Below are positions 53,099 through 64,000 of a stretch of DNA of 64,000 nucleotides, in pieces; within the stretch, counting starts at the first letter, position 1; each line of letters begins with the position of its first letter. The DNA is taken from positions 1-64,000 of the forward strand of contig NW_021836303.1 in the NCBI RefSeq assembly GCF_006345805.1, given 5' to 3'. The stretch is from Octopus sinensis (taxonomy: Eukaryota). The position numbers and the translations under genes were made by a program. The notes below the pieces were generated by a model, which did no database searches, was not told the DNA's origin, and saw nothing but the letters and a program-made list of their open reading frames with translations.

Positions 53099-54036
53099 TG
53101 AACAATTCGCCATTTATTTTTCAGGACACGTACGGCAGACTGAACCTCACTCCAAAAAGCTCACCATTTCTGTTAAAGAATATGCAATAACAAATTTCCC
53201 AGAGTTGCTCTTATTGATTTGCCAGTATCATTCAGGGGTCTGCTATCTACCAATTCTACTATGGCTTTCATGAAACCAGCTTTGATTTTAGCTTTTAATG
53301 CTGCAGTTGGCAGGAAAACGAAAATCTGCAATCGAATGATTGGTGAGAAGGATCTTGGAAAAATATAATGGCAATGTCATCAAGATTTATTCTCTGTATA
53401 AGGAACATATTATTATTACCATTACCATCTTATCATTACATATTACCATCACATATTATCATTATCATTACTAGCAGGAGAAGAAATACAAGTCCTCAAA
53501 GGTGTAACCAGACTTAAAAAGTAGCATCTGTTGTTAGCCATGTTGTAGTCATGCAGGTAGTCTGTCATAGACACTTTACTCACTATTGCAATGAGTGACA
53601 CTGATTGCATTGTAGGTCATCATAAGATATTAGCACGACGCTCAAGAAACACTAATCGTCAGAGACTTAAATACTGCAGACTTGGACAATCTTGATATGC
53701 GTAAGGGCTGTGGCTGCCCCTCCTTGTTATCAAACTGAAAGATGGAAGAATATCACTCATGTTGTGAGCAGCTATGGATGAGAAATTCTCCTCCTTAAGC
53801 TCCAGACATTGTAATGTTACTGTTGAAACCATTGGCTTCAAGGCTAAAATCAAAGCTGGTTTTATGAAAGCTATAGTAGAATTGGTAGAGGGTAGACTTC
53901 TGAATGATATTGGATAATCAATCAGAGCAACTCTGGGAAGTTTGTTATTGCATATTCTTTAACAGAAATGGTGAGCTTTTCAGAGTGAGTTTCAGTCTGC
54001 CGTACATGTCCTGAAAAATAAATGGCGAATTGTTCA
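53099..54036. repeat. 194-bp inverted repeats (53099-53292 / 53843-54036) around a 550-bp spacer
   Basis: tgaacaattcgccatttatttttcaggacac... versus its reverse complement, roughly 85-90% identical by eye. Confidence 0.9.
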
Positions 54037-54239
54037 GATGCGTGCAGACAGGTTTAACATGATATGAGCAATTTCTTCAATGCATTTCATTGTAGACTAT
54101 ACAACATCTCAGTTGTGGGGTCCGAAGGACGTGGCAATGCTTGTGGGCTTTGTAGGTCCTCCTAAATCGACTAGACTGATATCATTGATGCTTTTCAGGA
54201 ATCTTGTAAGTGAACACCTGACGAAATGATATGAACTGA

Positions 54240-54260
54240 GATGGAGTGCCAAAGGGTTAA
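54240..54260 (-). mobile_element. Possible piggyBac-like terminus
   Basis: The minus strand reads TTAA-CCCTTTggcactcc; no partner end found. Confidence 0.3.
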
Positions 54261-54987
54261 TGTTCGGTGACGGAAGGACTGGGTGTTGTAATTATCACGG
54301 GGCCTGGTGGGGATGGGGGAATAGGGATTAGACACAAACGGGGTGATTGAACGAGGAGAGACGACGGATCAAGAATGCATGAGATGAGGTATCATGAATC
54401 AGAGTCAATTCCGAGGTACAGAGGCCATTATAGTAGCGGTAGAAAAGGAAGCATGAAAAGGCGGTGAATCTGTGGCTCAGAGGCTTGGACGTGTTCTATC
54501 GTATCGTATGACATAGGGTATTATCGAAATATCCAGCTTTATTTCATAACGTTAAGGAAATAAATACAGTATGACATACGCGGTTTGTATTGCAGTATGG
54601 ATGGAGTAATAGCGAATTATTCAGTAGCATAGTATAGTATAGAGTATGGCGTGTGTTTAGGCTGAAGCATACATCAGTGTATTGTATATTAATGTAGAAT
54701 GACATAGGAGAATGTTGAAGAGTAACGCAGTAAAACTTGGTATAATCTAATGTTTGGTGTAGCTCCAATATTGTCACGTTCGCAGCGGACTTTGAAGCTA
54801 TTCCTGAAGATCATATTTAATTGAAATATTCTATTTCCGTTTTACAGTCTTCTTTCCATACGCAGGAAGTTAACCTAGCTGGCAAAGCTTGGAGAAAGAG
54901 GAACAAAAACAAACCACATTGCCAAAATGCTGTTATTGTTGCTATTGCATTTGTAGTAGTATTAGTAGTATCAGTAGTAGTAGTGTA

Positions 54988-55023
<36 letters not shown>

Positions 55024-56574
55024 GTAGTAGTAGCTGTTGTTGGTGTTTGCTTTTGTTTTTTGCTGTTCTTGTTATTATCGTTGCTTCTAATATTGGTGTT
55101 CTTACTCGTTATTTTTCTCATGAATACTTTCATATTTATAACTTTATATCAAGGTAGGATGTTTTTGTTTTCTGGTTTTTAACACCTAGAATTATACTTA
55201 TGTATGTGAACTTCACATGTGCTTCTGTTTTATTTTCATTTTTCGTTTTCAACATTCGCTTGGCTTGTTGCAAATTGCGACGTTCTCAGAAAGAAAAAGG
55301 CAACGAAGAATGCGAATCTATTTGGTTTGGTTTTAATTTGGGAAGAAAAAGCAATGCTTTTGAACATTTTACAGGGCCTTCGGAGATCGAGGTGATGGTG
55401 GGGGGGTAGAAGGTGAAAAATTATTCCCAGATTAAAGACCTGGTCCGAATCCTTTCCACAAAACGAGCCCTGTTTTGTTGCAAGTACCCGAGAGCCACAT
55501 TGTAATTGTTACATCAGGTAATGGAATAAGTCTAACCATAAAGAACAGGAAAGTTACCCCCCACTCACCACCTTATGACGAGCCTCCATCCAGTAATCCT
55601 ATACCCAATTCAATCACAATACTTCAGTAAAAATTTAAAAAAACTATTGTAGAAAACACTTGCTCTAGGTACCGGGCAGTGAAATCGAACCGCGAACCAT
55701 GTTATTGCAAAACAAACTTTCCTAACTGCACGATCACGACAGTAATTGTTACTAGAAAATAAAATAGGTAAGGGCAAGGTGGTAACTGCGAAGAATATTT
55801 TATTACGTTGAATAAATATATGTTACATTGAATCCATACGTATTTTCTTAACGATTATTTTTCATAGATATATAATATATTTTCTTGTTTTTCTTTGTTA
55901 ATTTACCATCTATGTCAGAGTACTTTCTGGCCATCTTGAAGTGTTATTAACATACTGTTTGCTTAAATATTTTGTTTTTGTTTACAAATATATTAATGGT
56001 ACGCATTAAACCAAATTCTTATTTACATCGAAAAAATGAAAATGGCGTAAAGGAGAAAAAAAAAAACGCAATGAAGAAATAAAAACGAAAAATAGGTTTT
56101 TGAGGAATTCTATTGATTGACGAAGTTCCTAAAAGAATTTCTGTTATTGTGGTTGTTGGTGTTGTCTTGTAAACAACGAACATATATCAGAATTGGTAAA
56201 CAACTTTGATAAACAGGATAATATGTAATTTTGCTAATTCGGTAAGGTTTACTATTAATGAGAGAGTGAGAAAGGTGGAGAGAACGAGAAAGGAGAACTC
56301 GTGATTTTATTCCGTGATTGACGCCATTGTAGAACTGACTTTCATTTTACTTCAAAAGCAAGATATGCTTCAACCCTGACTAGTTGCAGATCATTTGCAA
56401 AGCTTATGAAAGAGACATTTTGCGTATTGCTCATATATATACATATGAGTTACGTAAAACATGTTCAGATTAGCTTGGAAACATATGTAGTACGGAATTA
56501 TCTTCTTCTTTTCTAATACACTGTATTTGTATTATCATATGATTGGACATCACACACCTCTTCCAAGTAAGATT

Positions 56575-56646
<72 letters not shown>

Positions 56647-56802
56647 CGTATTGCTCTTATATACATATGAGTTACGTAAAACATGTTCAGATTAGCTTGG
56701 AAACATATGTAGTACGGAATTATCTTCTTCTTTTCTAATACACTGTAATTCGTTTATAAATATATGAGAACATATATATATATATGTATGTGTGCATGTA
56801 TG

Positions 56803-56974
56803 TACACATTTCTCTCCTTGTTTCTCTCCTTCTTCTTTTCTGTGTCCCTTTCTGTAGAAGAGCGTAGGCTCGAAACGTAAAAGACTTTTTCTATTCCTGA
56901 GCGTTATACTAATACATCTGTGTGTTTTGTACATCACCTGTCTTCGCCTTTTGTTTTTTTCGTAAACTCTCCCT
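56803..56974 (+). mobile_element. Family-B short element with minimal hammerhead-like motif (56848-56883)
   Basis: Same motif as 30715-30750; the 3' end runs into (TA)n. Confidence 0.78.
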
Positions 56975-59077
56975 ATGTATATATATATATATATATAATA
57001 TATATATATACATATAAAAATACATATACATACATACATATACATACATACATACATACATACATACATACATACATACATACATACATACATACATACA
57101 TACATACATACATACATACATACATACATACATACATACATACATAGACACACACACAAACATAAATAAGGAGATACTTCTGCAAAATACATGAGTATTT
57201 TGGACTTAACAATGTAAACAAGTTTTGTGAAATAGCTAATAACTAAATCTCTCTCCACAATTGTACTTAAGTATGCTAGAAAAATCCTCCAGAAATAAGG
57301 GAACTGAACACTTGATGAGAGTTTCCACTCATAATTTAACCTTATATATGCTCAGTTATCTTCAAGAATACTCTAATTTGCAAAATGCTAAAATAATCTA
57401 TGGATTTCACATGAGATTAATATTCATAACATAATATACTTATGATAAACGTCCAATCAAAAAACCCTGCACGATTTATAAGTAAACAGACCTTTGTCAA
57501 TATTTAGATCCTTCACAGCTTCGAACTCGCAATGGTATAGAAGCAACGTTGCATCAGGTGTGATCCGTATGTTACTCATGATAGTAATAATTTGTAAGTG
57601 GTTTCATGGATTTCTTGGTAACGATTTGTCAATATAAATGTTATTTGTGTAAAATATAATATTTCACTGCTGTGTATTACGCGTGAGAGTAACGACAGAG
57701 AGTAAAGATTGATGTTGAAAGGTTAATTTGGTTAAGAGTTATATGGTTAAGAGTTAAGAGTTAAGGAGTGGTGTGATAGGGTATGAGACCAAGATGGTTG
57801 AGTAAAGGAAGAGAAGGTTTACGAAGCTGGATAAGAAGGTAGATGGATTCACTACATCAAAGGTAGCATATGGAACCACATATGAGACGAGCACGATGTA
57901 TAACTCAAAGAACTACAGCGATTTATTACTACGAAGATGGATTACAGTGTCATGTGGTAAACAGATGTAAGCAGAACGGGGGGTTAAAAATAATAACTAA
58001 ATAATTAAACATACGTACATTTTTTATAACTATTAACGTAGTGTCGCTCAGACAAATCTCGACAGAATGTTTAAGAATGATTCTTGTCCGAGCATTGCTT
58101 GTATATAATAAACCTTTACATAAATAAATAACGTGAAATACACGAAGGGACGAACAAAAAGACAAACGGGTCATTCAAAGCCTTCATTCTTCAGTCAGAA
58201 ACTGATCCCTCATCGCAGATTTCGGCTGTTTAATTCTGAGATCCGCTCTGAATCAGCCAGCCACAGAAAGAAAGAATGCAACGCAACAGAGACGAACAAG
58301 AAACGAAAAATCTTTTTTGGAGACAGTAACGGTTAAAAACATGGATGACACAGGCGCCCTACGGCTTTGAGACAAAAAGAGAGACACAAAAACAATATCA
58401 GCAAGCGTGGAAAAATAATTACCTTTTCGGTGATAAGACACATGTTGAACATTGCTTGTAAATCTTTGGGACTTTGGAACTGCTAAATTTACTTGACACG
58501 TATCCTAGACGTTGTGACACTAAAGGTAAATTTAGGGTGGTGTTAGGGACACATAAACGACATACATTCATACACAGACACACATACACATACACTCATA
58601 TACATACTTACACACACGCACTTATATATGTATATAAGTATACATTTATTTGCAGTCCTATATAAACACTCATCTATATTTCCTCAGAATTTAACTTCAA
58701 AATATTAAAGGAAAAACGAAAATGACAGCGTGAGTTGGCGAAATCATATTAAATAGCACTAAAACATATTACCTTGCATGAACTTGTAGTTTGGGATATA
58801 GAACGAATGCACTCTTTGCCAAATTAGAAGTCAACAGTATAAATAGCACAGAACACTGTAAACTAATTGAAGAATTAAAACAAGCTCATTGCAAATCCAC
58901 GTTATCATTGTTATTGTTTTTCTATCCTATAAAAAAATATAACCTGTTTCGCTGCCTAGACCGCAAACAACTTAATAAAACATGTTCACAGAGCGAGAAA
59001 ATATTTCAGTTCTGATCGGTGTCTCACTAACTACTAAGCTGAAATGAGACCCATTTTGGACTACGTATTACTTTACT

Positions 59078-59295
59078 ACCCACAAGGGGCTAAACACAGA
59101 GGGGATAAACAAGGACAGACAAACGGATTAAGTCGATTATATCGACCCCAGTGCGTAACTGGTACTTATTTAATCGACCCCGAAACTATGAAAGGCAAAG
59201 TCAACCTCGGCGGAATTTGAACTCAGAACCTAGCGGCAGACGAAATACCGCTAAGCATTTCACCGAGCGTTCTAACGTTTCTGCCAGCTCGCCAC
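59078..59295 (-). mobile_element. Family A SINE with 3' tail
   Basis: Full match; imperfect TSD gtagYccaaaatKgg on the minus strand. Confidence 0.85.
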
Positions 59296-59869
59296 CTTCC
59301 AATTTTGGGCTACCTTCTTCATTTACATGTACCTCTGCTCCACAACTTTGTATTCTTGTCAACTCCAAAAAGACAACTATCTTTTATTGGCAATAATACA
59401 CTCTCTAAACACAACAGCTAACCTCTTGTTTCTTTATTATAACCTTCTCTCCATCCCTGAACTAGCTCGCTTCACAAACTATTCCCTCAGGTTAACTCGG
59501 ACCAGTCATGTTTGATTTTTCGCTTCTGTGTGTCACATCCTCGATCTCTTAATGAATAATTTGTACAACCAATGTTCTTCAGAATTACAACAGCTTAGTA
59601 TTCTTACCGTGTTCAATTGTCCTATTCCGATGTTGACTTCTTAGTGTTGAGGCTAAGAATCAGTGGTATCAATTATTTGCAGATTGGTTCAGGAATGCCT
59701 TCTTATGTAGAAATATTTTATATCTGTAACATTTAGATTTAATCTTTCATATGTTCTCTCACTCATTAGAAAAAGACATCGCATAACAACACACAGACAC
59801 ACACACAGACACACACATACACACACAGACACACACACACACACAGACACAGACACACACAGACACACA

Positions 59870-59919
<50 letters not shown>

Positions 59920-60911
59920 GGAGCTCTGAGCGGTTCTGTCTCACCTTGAGAGAAATTTCTCCATCCCTTCTATTTCTAACCTAGATTCATAAGGATCTGA
60001 ATAGAGTGATACTTATTTATCTCTCTGCCTCTTACTCTGAAAACAATCGTATATGGCAGTACCAACAGTTGCCAATCAAATGTTACACGTATGCGTCTAG
60101 ATTAAAAAAAATTTCATTAATTTTGAACAATGTTTCGGTTAACTTGACTATGCTTGTTCATTTATTTCAGAATGCTTACACTGAGTTTTTGCTAACAGAA
60201 TACAGCACCGTTACGATATAGTGTACGAGTGGAGTGCTATCTAATCTTAAGGGGAAAAACATTTGTTCAAGACATGGAAAAACGATGCCAAAAATGTAAT
60301 AAATCTTTAGGAGTTTTAGGAGAATTTTAACGTTTACAATGCGTTGAAAATATTTATAATGCAGTCGTGTGGTAATGGAAAGCGGGGTTTTTAGAAAATT
60401 ATAATTCTTCAACATGTAGAGTAAATTTTGAAGATCTGAGGTCACGTTTAGAGAAATCATTAGAGTTTGTCAATCACCTTTCTATGGGATAAAATAAGTA
60501 TCAATCTATTCAGATCCTTATGAATCTAGCATTTTTGAAAGACTAGGCTTCAAAAAGATACGTTACTTGTATTTATACATTCGAACAAATTGTTCTTGCA
60601 GCAGCTATTACTTTTAGTTACCGACATTTGTCACAAGACACGCATTCTCTCTCGCTCACGCACTAACACACACACACACACACACATACACACACATGCA
60701 CATATACATACACACACTCATATATATATATATACATACAAATATATATATATGAAGTTTTCTAATATTACAGAGTGTGTATGAACATCATAGTTAGATA
60801 CCTAGCTCCTGATAATGTAATACTATTATGTAATATATGAGAGTCTTTTTGGGAGTTTGTTTGTATAGGTTGAGAACTTGGGTTTGTGTATGTGTTTATT
60901 TGGCAGGCTTA

Positions 60912-61296
60912 TCTCTCTCTATATAAACGGCAGTTAGTCTGTGCGTGTTTCTGTGTGTCTGTTTGCTTGTACCCTCACCCTGACCACGGCTTTCAACCGA
61001 TTCTGATGAAACTTGACACACACATAGCCCAATGTCATAATTCAAAACTAACGCAGCGAAAATTTTGAAAAGTTCCCCCAGTTCTGAAAAAAGTCGATAA
61101 ATTCGACATGGGGTCGAGAATCAGGAACACAAACCACAAACTGTGTAGGGGACGCAACTCCACCTTTTTTAACTATCAAAAAAAAATTTACCATCATTTT
61201 TTTCCATTTTTTTGCTATTTTTTGGCTATAACTCTCTAAAAATGCTTTATAGTTATTTCCCTTACAAACCTGAGCAACGCCGGGCGATACTGCTAG
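60912..61296 (+). mobile_element. Non-autonomous Helitron
   Basis: A|TC...tatataaa 5' end, caaccgattctgatgaaacttgacac motif, 3' hairpin cctgagcaacgccggg then CTAG|T. Confidence 0.88.
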
Positions 61297-61565
61297 TATA
61301 TTGTAAATTTGGTGTATCTTTGTACTCTTAGGCTTTATTAACATACCTTTTCATTTACTCACATTTGGCTCTATAAATATTAGCAGCCTTATATATTTAG
61401 TCTGTATTTATAGTCTTCTGAATTTGTTCATTATGTTATTCATCTATTCTTCTTTTTTTACTCATTATCTACAGGTATAGATTTACATAATATTAGCCTG
61501 TATACTAAGTTTATATTAGTACTTTCTTTAATATATATCTTCACTTTATTTATGTTGTTTATTTA

Positions 61566-61960
61566 GCGCAGGAGTGGCTGTGTGGTAAGTAGCTTGCTAA
61601 CCAACCACATGGTTCCGGGTTCAGTCCCACTGCGTGGCATCTTGGGCAAGTGTCTTCTACTATAGCCCCGGGCCGACCAATGCCTTGTGAGTGGATTTGG
61701 TAGACGGAAACTGAAAGAAGCCTGTCGTATATATGTATATATATATAAGTGTGTGTGTATATGTTTGTGTGTCTGTATTTGTCCCCCCTAGCATTGCTTG
61801 ACAACCGATGCTGGTGTGTTTACGTCCCCGTCACTTAGCGGTTCGGCAAAAAGAGACCGATAGAATAAGTACTGGGCTTACAAAGAATAAATCCCGGGGT
61901 CGATTTGGTCGACTAAAGGCGGTGCTCCAGCATGGCCGCAGTCAAATGACTGAAACAAGT
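61566..61960 (+). mobile_element. Family D tRNA-derived SINE, full length
   Basis: gcgcaggagtggctgtgtggtaag...gggttcagtccc head, internal microsatellite, A-rich tail. Confidence 0.88.
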
Positions 61961-62560
61961 AAAAAAAAAATAAAAAAATAAATAAAATACTCTTTTAAGC
62001 ATATATGGATATATGCATATTAGCATTACTACATATTAGGTATACCTGCACCTATGCATTTATCTGATTTTGTTCTCTAGTGTATCTATCTATTCATTTA
62101 GTCATCTACTTATTTATTTATTTATTTATTTATTTAATTATTTAAGTGTAGATATATACATATATATCAATTTTTTATTTTTAATAATTAATATATGGAT
62201 ACATGTATACTGGTTTGTACTTATATTATGTATGTAATTTTTAATTATTTCTTCTTTTTTATTTTATCACATTTTTAACTTAAGTATTTACAATTTATTA
62301 ACTTATAATTAATTTAATTTCTGTTATTTACTTATATTTAACTGTATTAGTTAGTCCCCGGTGCGTTTGTTTATATCTGATGATACACAAGAATATGTAT
62401 ATCTGAGTGTAATTCTATTAGCTCGTAGGTTAGGTTCGTTGTTGGTTAAATATTAATATTATAATGGCACTGGATTTATTACGTTGAAAAGATATATATT
62501 TACTATAAAAAATTAATCTATAATTTATAACTTAGCGTACATGCGATTATAACAAATTAC

Positions 62561-62618
62561 CGTGTAATCGTTATGTTGACTACGGAAAAACCCGGTGTTC
62601 ACATACTGCGTATACACC
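62561..62618 (-). CDS. Candidate 58-nt exon (VYTQYVNTGFFRSQHNDYT)
   Basis: gttatttttgcag| acceptor, ACG|GTAATT donor, a single open frame (phase 2 to 0). Confidence 0.35.
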
Positions 62619-63354
62619 CTGCAAAAATAACATTCGATGTCGTGATATATAAATATATGTATCTTTAAAACAAATATTTTATGGAAATATATGAGTGGAT
62701 CTATTTTGTTATTTTGTGGCATGCTTTTAGTTTTGAGAAGCTCAATGCCTGCATGGATAAGATTATACCTCTTTTATTATTTATTTATTTATTTATTTAT
62801 GTGTTGGACTTGATTTGTGGATATGTATGTGTATGAGTCTATGTGTGTGTGTATACATATAATTATGTATGTATGTGCGATTGATCTGTGGATGTGCGTG
62901 TGCGTATGTGCGTTTCTTGACTAACTAACCGTAAAATTTCTTTTGTGATTCAAATTTTAAAGTATAAGCCAATCGAATTAATCTAGAATAATCAATATAA
63001 AGCGGACAGAATAACCAGACACTTGGATATGTAGATATCCGATGGATGTACTTGGTGCAGACATAACTGTATCTATTATTATTATTGTTATTATTATTAA
63101 TATTAATAGTAATTATTTTTGACTTTTACAGGTTTATAATTTTATGAACTGAAATGTGGTTCTTTATTACTTTTCATGTATAAGTCTGATTTTAATTTAA
63201 ATGTGAGTGTGCATATATCTTCCTGTGTGGTAGTCTTTAGAACTATTAACTCAATATGTAGAACAACTGAGCTTATTAATATATACTGATGTATATTTTG
63301 TTTTATTTTGTTTTGTGTATCTTGTATTATTGTATTAATGAATATATATATATA

Positions 63355-63740
63355 TGTGTGGTATTATGGTGTCTATGCACACGTTTTTATATTTTACATT
63401 TTATATTGATATGTATATGGGAAAAAAAATTTTTTTCACAATTATAATTTATTAAATTCTCTGAAGAGGCCGTGGGGTATCCTTGTTAATGTCTCATTTA
63501 TACCTACCTTATATGGCTTATAGGTTAAATGAGGCATGATTGCCCTTACTGCCGAAACAGCTGTCAGATATGATATAATTACATATTATATTTATATTTC
63601 TATTTCCTTGTCTAATTATATTTACAGTATATTTTGTATAATGCATTTACTGTTACTGTAATGGGTAATAAAGTATATTGATTGGGTATCATCTGGGTTG
63701 ATGTTTGATTGATTTAAGTATGTTTCTCCATTTTCTATTT

Positions 63741-63745
<5 letters not shown>
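63355..63745 (+). mobile_element. Probable (TA)n-inserted hammerhead-bearing element
   Basis: Contains the ribozyme and is bounded by (TA)n tracts; boundaries approximate. Confidence 0.5.
63458..63568 (+). ncRNA. Type I hammerhead ribozyme with ~86-nt extended stem II
   Basis: tct-CTGAAGA-ggc...gcc-GAAA-cagctg-TC-aga: canonical core, GUC site (cleavage after 63565), palindromic stem III. Stem I is only 3 bp. Confidence 0.75.
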
Positions 63746-63779
<34 letters not shown>

Positions 63780-63893
63780 AAACCTTACTTGGAAGAGGAT
63801 GTGTGATGTCAATCATATGATAATACAAATAATATATATATATATATATGCAGATATAGACACGTAAATATACATACTTATCTATACATGTAT

Positions 63894-63954
<61 letters not shown>

Positions 63955-64000
63955 CACGTGATCAACTGGACCGACCAGACCATTCAGATGTTGCTACACA

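Noticed and set aside
60190-60470. Possible decayed LINE RT C-terminus (KRCQKCNKSLGVL...IYNAVV)
   Set aside because: Similarity too weak, with several stops and frameshifts.
62385-62420. CTGATGA followed by a tacac/gtgta stem
   Set aside because: No GAAA after stem II.

Overview
AT-rich, microsatellite-dense eukaryotic DNA. The SINE content suggests a cephalopod, probably Octopus (recalled, not searched). No complete host gene is visible, only a few short candidate exons. Most listed ORFs are microsatellite translations. Transposon remnants: a ~5.4 kb degenerate minus-strand Helitron with four TSD-flanked SINE insertions, a non-autonomous Helitron, two R4/Dong-like non-LTR fragments abutting (TAA)n, a mariner 3' end, Tigger-like and fold-back MITEs, and dozens of tRNA-derived SINEs. 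The main signal is a set of short non-coding elements, mostly sitting in (TA)n/(TATC)n tracts, that carry type I hammerhead ribozyme motifs (four families, six motifs). The best example is at 9283-10342: two head-to-head, greater-than-unit-length, differently permuted copies of a ~480-nt hammerhead-containing monomer. That pattern is expected from reverse transcription of a circular RNA (retrozyme-like). All alignments and folds were done by eye.
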